Below, in pieces: positions 46,424-55,043 of a DNA stretch of 64,000 bases. This DNA is from Bosea sp. (in: a-proteobacteria). Its GTDB lineage: Bacteria > Pseudomonadota > Alphaproteobacteria > Rhizobiales > Beijerinckiaceae. The translations under genes were made by a program, and so were the position numbers. The notes below the pieces were generated by a model. That model saw only the letters and a program-made list of their open reading frames with translations, made no database searches and was not told the DNA's origin. The stretch lies in assembly GCF_017308015.1 (NCBI RefSeq), contig NZ_JAFKFW010000017.1, forward strand, positions 16,783 through 80,782, read 5' to 3'. Numbering within the stretch: position 1 is the stretch's first letter; each line of letters opens with the position of its first letter.

Positions 46424-46989
46424 CCCCGCCCCTCCGCATCCGATCCCGCATCAGAGAGGGTCAGGGGAACAGGATTATTTGTGGCATCCGCGAGACGGGC
46501 TTTGCAGTTCTCCAGAGCCGGTCCCAAGATGCGCCGGGCACGCTCGTAGCGCCGCGCGATATCGCGTTGCTCCGGGGGAAGCGCCGCAATGCGCACTGGG
46601 TCGCTATTGTCCAGGTTGTCGCTGAGCTTGATCGCGATCAGCTCGGCGTCGCCAGTGGCAGCGATGGACTTGATCCAGTCTATGTAAGTGATCTCTTTGA
46701 ACATGCGGCTGAGCATCAGGACGAGCCAGACGGCCCGATCAGAAAAGCCCATCCTCCGCAGATCACCGCCTGTGACGCCGCAGTCCTCAACCACGTCATG
46801 GAGCAGGGCCGCGCATCGCGCATCGTCGCTCACCCACACAGGCAAAGCAGCTTCTACGCGCTCGCAGTGCTCGGCGTACGGCTTCCCGCCTTTGTCGGTG
46901 ATTCCGTCGAACAGCTCACGAATCAGCTTGCGAGCGGCTTCAATCTGAGGCGCACGAACCTCGCGGATGCCAACTAATATCTTAGACAT
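46420..46989 (-). CDS. HD-domain protein, RelA/SpoT hydrolase-like (small alarmone hydrolase-like)
   Basis: DK.G.PY..H..RV, AALLHDVVED, IKLSDNLDN; start MSKIL at 46989. Confidence 0.85.
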   Translation of the reverse strand: MSKILVGIREVRAPQIEAARKLIRELFDGITDKGGKPYAEHCERVEAALPVWVSDDARCAALLHDVVEDCGVTGGDLRRMGFSDRAVWLVLMLSRMFKEITYIDWIKSIAATGDAELIAIKLSDNLDNSDPVRIAALPPEQRDIARRYERARRILGPALENCKARLADATNNPVPLTLSDAGSDAEGRG

Positions 46990-47911
46990 CGGACCCATCC
47001 TCCTGCGCTGGTGCAGAAGATAGCGCGCCGATAGCCATCGTTGCCGTTGTCGTCTCGCGGGTATGGTCCCGAATGTGGCCGATGGCTTTGCGAAGGCGAG
47101 CGACCTCGGCAGGCATATCGGCGGCATCTGCGATCTTGACCGCCAGATAGCTCGGGTTTGCCAGCTTGCCGTCTTCGATCCGCGCGTCGTCCGACAGGAC
47201 CATGGCCACCCAATCGGCGTTCAGGCCGCCGTCCTGCCGCTTCCACGCCTCCACCCCAGCCTGCAAGGCTTCTGCCTCCGCAGGGGATGACGACGCGGGA
47301 GAGGACGAGACCGCTTCGCAAACCACTCGGGCGCGCGCTACTGCCGGCGGGTCGGAATAAGGCACGAAGCCGCCTTCGTCGTCCGCCCACTTCCTCCCGC
47401 ACTGATCGCAAATTGTCCAAATGAAGCCGCCTCGGTGCGTCTCCTCGTGAACGCAAGTCTCGCGGTCGACGTGGTCAAGAAGATCGCGCAGCGCCTCCCG
47501 CACCCCGCCGCCCGCAGGCTCCGAGGCGGGCTTGGCGAGGGCAAGAACGATCGCCACAAGCTCGTCACCCGCAACGCTCGCTGGAATGCCCGGCATTTTC
47601 GTAAACTCGCAGACCTGCTTCCACCAAGGAGCGAGAGCAGCGCGGATTGCGGCCTCACCCCCATCCCCCGCCCCGCTCGTCTGGGAAGGCAAGGCTTCTG
47701 CCGGTGGGGAGGCGGGGGAGGCTGCGAGCATGTCTCGGTAGGTGGTGGCAGCCGACATCTGGTCAGCCAAGGCCGCCCCCGCCATGGCCGCATGCCATGG
47801 GTCATGCGGGTCAGGATGCTCGGATCGTAGATGCTTGGGGAATGGCTTTGCCGCCTCCAGCATCTCCGGTGTCGGCTCGACAGGCACCAACTTCCATTTC
47901 ACGTCACTCAT
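46982..47911 (-). CDS. Mosaic phage protein
   Basis: W.LVP.EPT.EM..A N-terminus; CDQC; start at 47911. Confidence 0.7.
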   Translation of the reverse strand: MSDVKWKLVPVEPTPEMLEAAKPFPKHLRSEHPDPHDPWHAAMAGAALADQMSAATTYRDMLAASPASPPAEALPSQTSGAGDGGEAAIRAALAPWWKQVCEFTKMPGIPASVAGDELVAIVLALAKPASEPAGGGVREALRDLLDHVDRETCVHEETHRGGFIWTICDQCGRKWADDEGGFVPYSDPPAVARARVVCEAVSSSPASSSPAEAEALQAGVEAWKRQDGGLNADWVAMVLSDDARIEDGKLANPSYLAVKIADAADMPAEVARLRKAIGHIRDHTRETTTATMAIGALSSAPAQEDGSDV

Positions 47912-48320
47912 TGGAGGAAGCCTCCTTCTCTCGGGAAAGGACGGTGCGAGCGCGGGATTCGGCATCGAGCAGAGCATCGGCCATCCGCTCGACTTGTTCG
48001 TGGATCGGCACGTCGCCACCGTCCGGCGGGTCTAGGAACCGGACGCCGAACCGCGTCGCGATGATCTCGAAAAGCTTGGCCGTCAGCGCGCGATGGCTCC
48101 AAAGAGGCGTCGCCGTCAGAGCCTCAAGGAGTTCCACCCGCGCCCTTGCCTCCGCCAGCTCGCTATCCTTGGCGGTGAGGGCGTCGAGAAGCGCTTTCTT
48201 GGCGGAGTCAGTGCGTTCGGTTGCAGAGCGGCGTTCCGGCCCAGGATGCGAATGGCACCGGAGCGCAACGGCACGAACCAAATCTTCGACCAGCCCTGCG
48301 GTGTCTAGGGGCGCGGTCAT
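47904..48320 (-). CDS. Hypothetical phage protein
   Basis: Coupled; FG..FLDPPDGGDV.I.EQV.RM motif. Confidence 0.65.
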   Translation of the reverse strand: MTAPLDTAGLVEDLVRAVALRCHSHPGPERRSATERTDSAKKALLDALTAKDSELAEARARVELLEALTATPLWSHRALTAKLFEIIATRFGVRFLDPPDGGDVPIHEQVERMADALLDAESRARTVLSREKEASSNE

Positions 48321-48964
48321 GCTGCGGCCCTCCCGAAAAGGTCCGGTGAAGTATCGAGGCCGCCCCACTGGTCAGCCATCGCCTCGGCAATGCCAGAAAA
48401 GAACCTGGATCGTTCGCGCCAGCGGTTCGGGCCCGGCGACTGACGATGAACGCGAGCTTCGCGACCATCGACGATGTTGGTCGGCCTTAGCGCCGGCAGT
48501 CCCTTCAGCCAGAAGCAGGTTCGCTTCAATTCGCCATGACCGAACTGCCACGGCTGAACGCTCTGCGCCGGCTCGCGGTAGTTCTCGATCAGCGCCTTGG
48601 CGTGCCGGTGCATGACCGGGTTCTCGACGCAGATGCGATCGATCGGCGCGTTCCAGAACGTCGAGAACAGAGCGGCGCCTTCGCGAAGCTCTTCCTGCAT
48701 GTCGTCGAGCGTGCGCCCGGGCGGCGGCACGGACAGCCACCGAACTCCGGAATTGCACAGCCGCGTGCACGGCGGGTGCGCGACCATGAGCAGGTCCCAG
48801 CCGTCATTGAGGATGTCTCTCGCATCCCCGACGATATGGCGGTTGCTTCGGTCTTCCGCTGGCAGGAGATCGCACGACCACGCATCGTGACCGCGAGCCG
48901 CAAAGGCACGACGAACCGTACCGCTGAACTCGCAGGCGACGAGCACTTTCAGGGAAGCGCCCAT
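48317..48964 (-). CDS. C5-cytosine DNA methyltransferase-like protein
   Basis: VLVACEFSG, W.CD, AHPPCT (catalytic PC), ENPV, QPWQFGH, K.TC.W. Confidence 0.8.
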   Translation of the reverse strand: MGASLKVLVACEFSGTVRRAFAARGHDAWSCDLLPAEDRSNRHIVGDARDILNDGWDLLMVAHPPCTRLCNSGVRWLSVPPPGRTLDDMQEELREGAALFSTFWNAPIDRICVENPVMHRHAKALIENYREPAQSVQPWQFGHGELKRTCFWLKGLPALRPTNIVDGREARVHRQSPGPNRWRERSRFFSGIAEAMADQWGGLDTSPDLFGRAAA

Positions 48965-49434
48965 CACGCGTCCTCCCCGCATGAGGGGGGATTTTTAGAG
49001 TGCGCATCCGCGAGACTTGCGGGGGCGTTTGCCAGTTCAAGGAGAACGTCCGCATGGCACGGTGCGCCGACCTTGCACCAGCAGGCGAGGTTCTTGCCGC
49101 GCAGGACCTCGATAGAGCCGAAAATGCCGCTCTTGGCAGCATCGCTTTTCGGACCTTGCCACCAGTCACGGCCGGATTGCGACGGGCCTAGCCAATCGCG
49201 GAAGCATCCAACGACGAATGCCGGCCATGTCTCGTCCGTCGCATAGCCGCTTTCGATGGCGGCTTCCTTGGTGAACGGGTTACCCCACCTCGACGGGCGC
49301 GCGACGTTGAGGGCCGGTAGCCCGTTCGTCTCCATCGACCACGCCTGAAGGTCGAAACCTTTCCGACGCGAAAGCTGGAGCCGAGTAGGTTGGGACAGCG
49401 CGCGGATGCCAACTCCATCCAATCCCTTACCCAT
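48964..49434 (-). CDS. DUF4326 protein (copy 2)
   Basis: Same motifs as 44494..44949; shares a 56-bp identical block. Confidence 0.9.
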   Translation of the reverse strand: MGKGLDGVGIRALSQPTRLQLSRRKGFDLQAWSMETNGLPALNVARPSRWGNPFTKEAAIESGYATDETWPAFVVGCFRDWLGPSQSGRDWWQGPKSDAAKSGIFGSIEVLRGKNLACWCKVGAPCHADVLLELANAPASLADAHSKNPPSCGEDA

Positions 49435-49723
49435 GTGAGGGATCTCCCGAGGGAGAGGCCTTGCGAAGGGCGGCGTCCGTCAAGTCGGTAGCGCGCCGCC
49501 AGTGCTTCGGCTCGTCTGTCATGCGCGCCAGTTCGACGGCTTGCAGCGCCTCGAACATGTCGGGAGCCGCCGCGTAGAGCGTCGCATCCTCACGTGAATG
49601 CACGTAGGCTACGGCTGGCCTCTCCTTGCCGACCTCGGTCACATGGTAGAACCCGTCGATTGTGCAGGGGCTATCCTGCCGGTGGATCGCGAGTGGCCCC
49701 TTCGTGTGCGCCCGCTCAGACAT
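49427..49723 (-). CDS. Hypothetical phage protein
   Basis: HT.GP, A.L.AAAPDM.EAL motif typical of phage early genes. Confidence 0.75.
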   Translation of the reverse strand: MSERAHTKGPLAIHRQDSPCTIDGFYHVTEVGKERPAVAYVHSREDATLYAAAPDMFEALQAVELARMTDEPKHWRRATDLTDAALRKASPSGDPSHG

Positions 49724-49745
49724 GAGGGCACCGGGGGAGGGCGCG

Positions 49746-49804
49746 GCGCGTTACAAATCCGACTGAAAACCGGCAGTTTACCGAGGTCGAAAATTGTAAC
49801 GCGC
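49746..49804. repeat. 11-bp inverted repeat next to attR (candidate integrase arm/accessory sites)
   Basis: GCGCGTTACAA at 49746 and TTGTAACGCGC at 49794. Confidence 0.55.
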
Positions 49805-49826
49805 TATTGAGACGGGCAGCATATTT

Positions 49827-49876
49827 CCGGCCTGTCACGCCGGAGGTCGCGGGTTCGAGCCCCGTCGCCCGCGCCA
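49827..49876 (+). other. attR core: 3' 50 nt of tRNA-Asp(GTC)
   Basis: Anticodon arm CCGGC-CTGTCAC-GCCGG, T-arm GGTTCGAGC, CCA end; acceptor 5' strand and D-arm absent. Confidence 0.9.
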
Positions 49877-49959
49877 TGTATCTCTCTGAAGATACTCGTC
49901 TTTTCTTCCTCTCGAAAATCTCGGAACGTCTCACTTCGGAATCGCCAGGCCGGCAATTT

Positions 49960-50367
49960 CGGAATTATGAGCCGCTTTCGTTTGCTGCCCGAGTTCGGCG
50001 GCCTTTCCTTCGAGCCTCCGGAACCTTGGCCGCAGTCACGATCTGGGCCGGCCGTGCAAGTGCGCTGTAGAGTCTTCGAATCGGAGGGGGTGTTGCCCAT
50101 CACATCGGAGAGCGCCTTCGGGTCGACTTCACCGGCGGAGGCCTCCAGAGCGCCCGAGCGGCGGATGTCCATCAGGGTCCGCGGGGCGTTCTTGAACACG
50201 AGATTGCGGACGTCGCGGAAATCCTCGGCAAGGCTGTTCTTCCGATAGTCCGAATCTCGCCGCGTCCTGAGCAACGGTCGCTCGAGGTCCACGACCTTCC
50301 GATCAGCCAGATGGGCATCCATGACCTTCGCTGCGCGTCGAGTGATCGGCGCGTAGGCGAGGGCGTT
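49960..50367 (-). pseudogene. C-terminal remnant of a tyrosine integrase
   Basis: MDIRRSGA.EA and MGN......LQRT resemble the catalytic H/R-x-x-R and H/W..Y boxes; catalytic Tyr appears replaced; truncated at an IS end; boundaries approximate. Confidence 0.6.
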
Positions 50368-50429
50368 TGGCCTGCTGCCGGTTTCGTGGACACCGAGATT
50401 GGGTGTTTCATGAAACCGGCAGCAGGCCA
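50368..50429. repeat. 62-bp element with perfect 18-bp terminal inverted repeats (IS3-type end)
   Basis: TGGCCTGCTGCCGGTTTC ... GAAACCGGCAGCAGGCCA; internal GTGGACACC resembles IS3 left ends. Confidence 0.7.
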
Positions 50430-50975
50430 GACCGCATCGATCTCCTTGCAAGACTGGCCGGGATCAATGCCCAGATCAGCTATCGGCGCCGGTCGAGATT
50501 TCATAGCGGCAAGCCGTCTATCGTGGTCGACAACACCTTGGCGCGACAGTTCGATGTCGATGCGCAGGAGAAGGCGTGGTGGGTAACGGACATCACCTAC
50601 ATTAGGACCCCGGAGGGCTTCGCCTATTTGGCTGTGGTGATCGACCTGTTCTCCCGCCGCGTCATTGGCCGGTCACTCTAGAGCCGGCAGGTCACCGACA
50701 TCGTGCTGCAGGCATTGCTCATGGCGGCGGAAACCGAAGGCCACGGTCCTGGTCCACTCGGATCAGGGTTCCCAGTTCACCAGCATGGATTTGGCAGCCT
50801 TCCTAAAGCACCACAATCTTGAGCGTTCGATGAGCCGACGCGGGAACTGCCACGACAACGCCGTGGCAGAGAGCTTCTTCAATCTGCTCAAGCGTGAACG
50901 AATCCGGCGCAAGATCTACCGGACGCGCGAAGAGGCAACCCAGGACGTGTTCAACTACATCGAGATGTTCTACCC
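50430..50975 (+). pseudogene. IS3-family transposase (OrfB, DDE core) remnant
   Basis: W.TDITYI, YLAVVIDLFSRR, HSDQGSQF, SRRGNCHDNAVAESFF, YIEMFY; broken by TAG at 50679 and a frame change. Confidence 0.9.
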
Positions 50976-51484
50976 AGAAATCAAGAACCGAACCACGTGC
51001 GCAAACGGATTTGTTGGCCGTTGCGTTGGCCGATCTGTTGCCAATCCGGAATCGAGCTGCTTGATTTCTCAATGCGTTAGATCGAAAACGCATCTCCGTC
51101 CCTGGGCACCATCGCTTTTCAATGGCTTAAGGCCTAGCGCTTCAGCGATTTCATGAGCCTTTGTTACCGCCGCCCGTCCTAACGGCGTTCCGCTTGCAAT
51201 TCTGAGTTCGCTCACGCAGGTACCGCCTGTGCGGCGGCTATCTTCATGGCAGCCGATATCCCCATGTGGTCTCCGGCAGCCGCATCGTCATGCGCTAGCT
51301 CGCGTATTCGCCCAAGGAAGCGTTGACGCGGCCGGCGGATGCGGAAACGATGAGGTATGCTTGCTGCTGTGGCTCCCGCGTGCCGGGGCGCTGATCGGCC
51401 TGGTCGACGACCGCGACGCGTCCGCGCGAAGGCGCGTACCTTGCCGCAGAGCAGTCACGCCCCGATCCCCTGGAGTTCCCGACC

Positions 51485-52561
51485 ATGAACCAGACGAGCT
51501 CGCTCGCGGCGAATGCGCCTGTGCAGCCTCTGCGCCTTACCAGCCTCGCCCATGGCGGCGGCTGTGGCTGCAAGCTGGCGCCGGCCGTGCTTCAGCAATT
51601 GCTGGCGGGACATCCGGCCGCCGGTCCGTACAGCCAGCTTCTAGTCGGTACCGAGACGGGAGACGATGCGGCGGTCTGGCAGGTCGATGACGAGACCTGT
51701 GTCGTCGCGACCACCGACTTCTTCATGCCGGTCGTGGACGATCCCCACGATTTCGGCCGCATCGCCGCGACCAATGCGATCTCCGACGTCTATGCGATGG
51801 GAGGCCGACCGATCATGGCGCTCGCGATCCTCGGCATGCCGCTCGACAAGCTGCCGATCGAGATGACCCGCGAGATCCTGAAAGGCGGCGCCTCGATTTG
51901 CGCCGAGGCCGGCATTCCCGTCGCCGGAGGCCATTCGATCGATGCGCCCGAGCCGATCTACGGGCTGGCGGTCATCGGCCTGCTCAAGCCTTCGAACCTG
52001 CGCCGCAACAGCGGCGCGAAGCCCGGCGACGCGCTGATCCTGACCAAGGCGCTGGGTGTCGGCATCTACTCGGCTGCCTTCAAGAAGGGCGAGCTCTCGG
52101 CTGCGGCCTATGACGAGATGATCGCCTCGACGACGCTGCTGAACCGTGTCGGCGCCGATCTGGCACAGGATGCGGCCGTCCATGCCATCACGGACGTTAC
52201 CGGTTTCGGCATCCTCGGCCACGGGCTCGAGATGGCGCGCGGTTCCGGGGTCACGCTGAAGCTCCGGCTTTCCCAACTGCCTTTCCTGTCACAGGCCGAG
52301 CGCCTGGCGCAGGAGGGCAGGGTGACCGGCGCATCCCATCGCAATTGGACGAGCTACGGCGAGGGCGCCGTGCTGCCCGAGGGGCTGCCGGACTGGCGGC
52401 GCCACCTGCTCACCGATCCGCAGACCTCCGGCGGCCTGCTGGTATCCTGTGCCGGCGAGCGGGCCGAGGCCGTGCTGGCGCAGATCAGGGCGGCCGGCTA
52501 CCCGTCGGCGCGGATCATCGGTGTGGTGGAGAACGGGCCGGCGCAGGTCGTCATCAGCTGA
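51485..52561 (+). CDS. selD: Selenide, water dikinase (Cys-type)
   Basis: LT...[43 protein letters not shown]. Confidence 0.98.
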   Translation: MNQTSSLAANAPVQPLRLTSLAHGGGCGCKLAPAVLQQLLAGHPAAGPYSQLLVGTETGDDAAVWQVDDETCVVATTDFFMPVVDDPHDFGRIAATNAISDVYAMGGRPIMALAILGMPLDKLPIEMTREILKGGASICAEAGIPVAGGHSIDAPEPIYGLAVIGLLKPSNLRRNSGAKPGDALILTKALGVGIYSAAFKKGELSAAAYDEMIASTTLLNRVGADLAQDAAVHAITDVTGFGILGHGLEMARGSGVTLKLRLSQLPFLSQAERLAQEGRVTGASHRNWTSYGEGAVLPEGLPDWRRHLLTDPQTSGGLLVSCAGERAEAVLAQIRAAGYPSARIIGVVENGPAQVVIS

Positions 52562-52567
52562 CGGGCT

Positions 52568-52951
52568 TCAGCGCGCTTCCTGCACTTCGAGGTTCCGGCC
52601 CCAGACGTCGAAGAAGGCGCCCTTGTTGAGGGTGAGCCGGTCCTCGCGCAGGGCGGTCTCCAGCTCGCGCAGGCGATTGCGGGCGGTCGCGTCCGGGACG
52701 AGCCCGCCATCAGCGTCCCGCGTCGGGAAGAAGGCGGCGCCGTCCCAGTTCACGCCGGCGCCACGCAGCATCAGCACGATATCGCCCCAGTCGATCTCGT
52801 CGCCGACGACATGGACGAAGGTCGAGCGCAGCGGTTCGACCTTCGGCTCGGCGATCTTCACCAGCACGATCAGCGCCGTGAACGGGCCCTTGCGGAAGAG
52901 CTTGCCGAGCCAGCGGTCGAAATCGGTGCCGAGCCCTCTAGAGGTCGACAT
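52568..52951 (-). CDS. Hypothetical protein
   Basis: Protein-like ORF between selC and selD; start uncertain. Confidence 0.6.
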   Translation of the reverse strand: MSTSRGLGTDFDRWLGKLFRKGPFTALIVLVKIAEPKVEPLRSTFVHVVGDEIDWGDIVLMLRGAGVNWDGAAFFPTRDADGGLVPDATARNRLRELETALREDRLTLNKGAFFDVWGRNLEVQEAR

Positions 52952-53018
52952 GCGACGGGCCGGGCAGGCTGCAGGGGACCAAGGCGTAGGGAGAGGTAGC
53001 GGCGTCCGTCATGGCCCC

Positions 53019-55043
53019 TCAGTGAACTGGCGGAAGAGAATGGGAGTCGAACCCACCAGAGACCGTCTGACGGCCCCTCCCGGATTTGAAGTCCGGACGC
53101 CCCACCGGGGACGTTTCTCCTCCATCGCTCCAGCCGGGCAGCGGGCCGAACAGGTCGAGCCGCCGACGGTTGATGCGTCTCAGGTCGCCGCGGCGGATCG
53201 TGACGCCATGGCGATCGAAGAACTCGAGAATCTGGATAGCGACCTTTCGGCCGTTGTCGAGCCTGTCTCGGAACTGGGCCGCATTGAAGCCGGCCGGGTG
53301 GAGCCCTGCAAGCTCGGTTGCGATGCCGGTCATCTCGCCGAGAGTGGAGCGCAGGAAGAAATGGTCGAGCGCCACCTCATGGACGTCGCCGCGCCGGCTG
53401 ATGAGCCGCAGCAGGCGCCTGATCGCCTCCTCGGGCCGCCCGAGCATCTGGCCGAGATCGCGCACGCGGGGCGGACGGAAACGCTCGCTATCGGCGATCA
53501 ACGGCGTGATCCGATCCCAGAGCGCCTCGTCATCCGGCGAAAGCCTGGCCTCGTGGCCGGGGCGCCGGATCCAGGAGCCGGTGGGCACCAGCACGCCGTC
53601 TTCCGCTAACCGGGCGAGCGCTTGCCGGAACAGTGGCGCCGGCCAGCGGGGCGCGACGGCGAAGCGCAGGCGCTCCAGTCCCATGCCCGGCAGATCGGGA
53701 TGCTCGGCGTGGAAGGTATCGAGCCGCTCGATGGTGGCTTGTGCGAGCGTCTGCCAATGCCGGGGCAGCATCGCGAGCGGGCCGATCCTGACAAGACCGA
53801 GCTGGCTTGTCAGGATTTTCTCCGCATCAAAGCCGAGCGCACGGTCGCGAACGAAGCTGCCCGGATCGGCATGGTGCGGCGGTGCCGATAACAGGTCTTG
53901 CAAGGCCTTCGCCGGATCGGACAGGCGCAGCGCGGCGAGCTGCGCCAGACGCTCCGGACTGCGGCGCCGGCGTTCCGGCGCGCGCAGGTCGAGGAAGCGG
54001 CCGCCGCCGAGCGTGCGCGAGGCGCTGGTATCGCGCAGGACGAACCGGTCGAGCGCCGCAGCGGCAAGCGGCTCGTCGAGCACCAGCTGGATCAGGTCTC
54101 CCTCGCCGGGCGCAGCCGTATCGTCCAGCAGCACGATGCGGGCGCCGATTTCGGCCGCGGCATGGTGCAGACGGGCCGGCTGCCACATCGTCAGCGCCTT
54201 CTCGCCGGGCAGGAGTGTCACCTCGGCATCGATCCGCGTCGTCGGGGCATGGAGCGCCGGCGCCAGCACCATGTCGCCGTGCCGGATCGCATCCTTCGTG
54301 ATGCCGGTGCCGGCCAGATTGAGGGCGCAACGCTCACCGGCCATCCCGCGCTCGGCCGGGCGGTTCTGGGCATGGATCGAGCGCACCCGCGCCGGCAGGC
54401 CGCAGGGTGAAACCACGACACTGTCGCCGACGTTGACGCTCCCGGACAGGACGGTGCCCGTCACCACCGTCCCGGCGCCCTGCAAGGTAAAGCAGCGATC
54501 GACCGCGAGCCGGAAAGCACCGTCGCCTTGGCGCGCATGGCTTTCGCGTGCCCGCGATGCAAGCAGGACGGCCAGTTCCGCTAGACCTTCTCCTGTCAGC
54601 GTCGAGACGGGCAGCACCGGTGCCCCGGCAAACGGCCCCGACGCCAGCAGCGCCGCGATCTGGCCTTCGACCGCTTCGGTCCGGCCGGCCGCGACCAGAT
54701 CGGCCTTGGTGATCGCGACGACAGCCTCGCGGATGCCGAGCAGCCGGGCGATGGCGACATGTTCGCGCGTCTGCGGCATCACGCCGTCATCGGCCGCGAC
54801 GACCAGTAGCAGCAGGTCGATGCCGGCGGCGCCGGCCAGCATCGTGTGGACGAATTTCTCATGGCCGGGCACGTCGATGAAGCCGACGACCGAGCCGTCT
54901 TCCTGCGGCCAATAGGCGAAGCCGAGCGCGATCGAGATGCCGCGCGCCTTCTCCTCCTTCAAACGGTCGGTATCGACGCCGGTCAGGCGCCGGACCAGCG
55001 AGGTCTTGCCGTGATCGATATGCCCGGCTGTGCCGATGATCAT
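53019..55043 (-). CDS. selB: Selenocysteine-specific elongation factor
   Basis: MIIGTAGHIDHGKT, DVPGHE, TKAD; C-terminal wHTH with RK.AI..LEFFD; ATGA overlap sets the start at 55043. Confidence 0.97.
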   Translation of the reverse strand: MIIGTAGHIDHGKTSLVRRLTGVDTDRLKEEKARGISIALGFAYWPQEDGSVVGFIDVPGHEKFVHTMLAGAAGIDLLLLVVAADDGVMPQTREHVAIARLLGIREAVVAITKADLVAAGRTEAVEGQIAALLASGPFAGAPVLPVSTLTGEGLAELAVLLASRARESHARQGDGAFRLAVDRCFTLQGAGTVVTGTVLSGSVNVGDSVVVSPCGLPARVRSIHAQNRPAERGMAGERCALNLAGTGITKDAIRHGDMVLAPALHAPTTRIDAEVTLLPGEKALTMWQPARLHHAAAEIGARIVLLDDTAAPGEGDLIQLVLDEPLAAAALDRFVLRDTSASRTLGGGRFLDLRAPERRRRSPERLAQLAALRLSDPAKALQDLLSAPPHHADPGSFVRDRALGFDAEKILTSQLGLVRIGPLAMLPRHWQTLAQATIERLDTFHAEHPDLPGMGLERLRFAVAPRWPAPLFRQALARLAEDGVLVPTGSWIRRPGHEARLSPDDEALWDRITPLIADSERFRPPRVRDLGQMLGRPEEAIRRLLRLISRRGDVHEVALDHFFLRSTLGEMTGIATELAGLHPAGFNAAQFRDRLDNGRKVAIQILEFFDRHGVTIRRGDLRRINRRRLDLFGPLPGWSDGGETSPVGRPDFKSGRGRQTVSGGFDSHSLPPVH
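53028..53123 (-). tRNA. selC: tRNA-Sec (anticodon TCA), 96 nt
   Basis: 8-bp acceptor stem GGAGGAGA/TCTCTTCC, loop CTTCAAA, long variable arm, GGTTCGACTCC, GCCA end. Confidence 0.96.

Larger units (their letters stand above)
1..49876. mobile_element. Temperate prophage (lambda-type head, Mu-type contractile tail), left end outside window, right end at tRNA-Asp 3' fragment (attR)
   Basis: Contiguous replication, packaging, head, tail, lysis and accessory modules ending at a tRNA 3' half; host-type genes follow. Confidence 0.95.

Noticed and set aside
49827-49876. Functional tRNA-Asp
   Set aside because: The 5' acceptor strand and D-arm are missing; it is an att duplicate
49716-49934. ORF containing ARATGLEPATSGVTGR
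   Set aside because: Typical translation of a tRNA antisense strand
51485-51560. SelD as a selenoprotein
   Set aside because: The active-site position is Cys (GGGCGCK), with no in-frame TGA
51229-51690. 153-aa ORF upstream of selD
   Set aside because: Arg-rich, no motifs, overlaps selD out of frame
53086-54915. 609-aa plus-strand ORF
   Set aside because: Arg/Ser-rich shadow of selB
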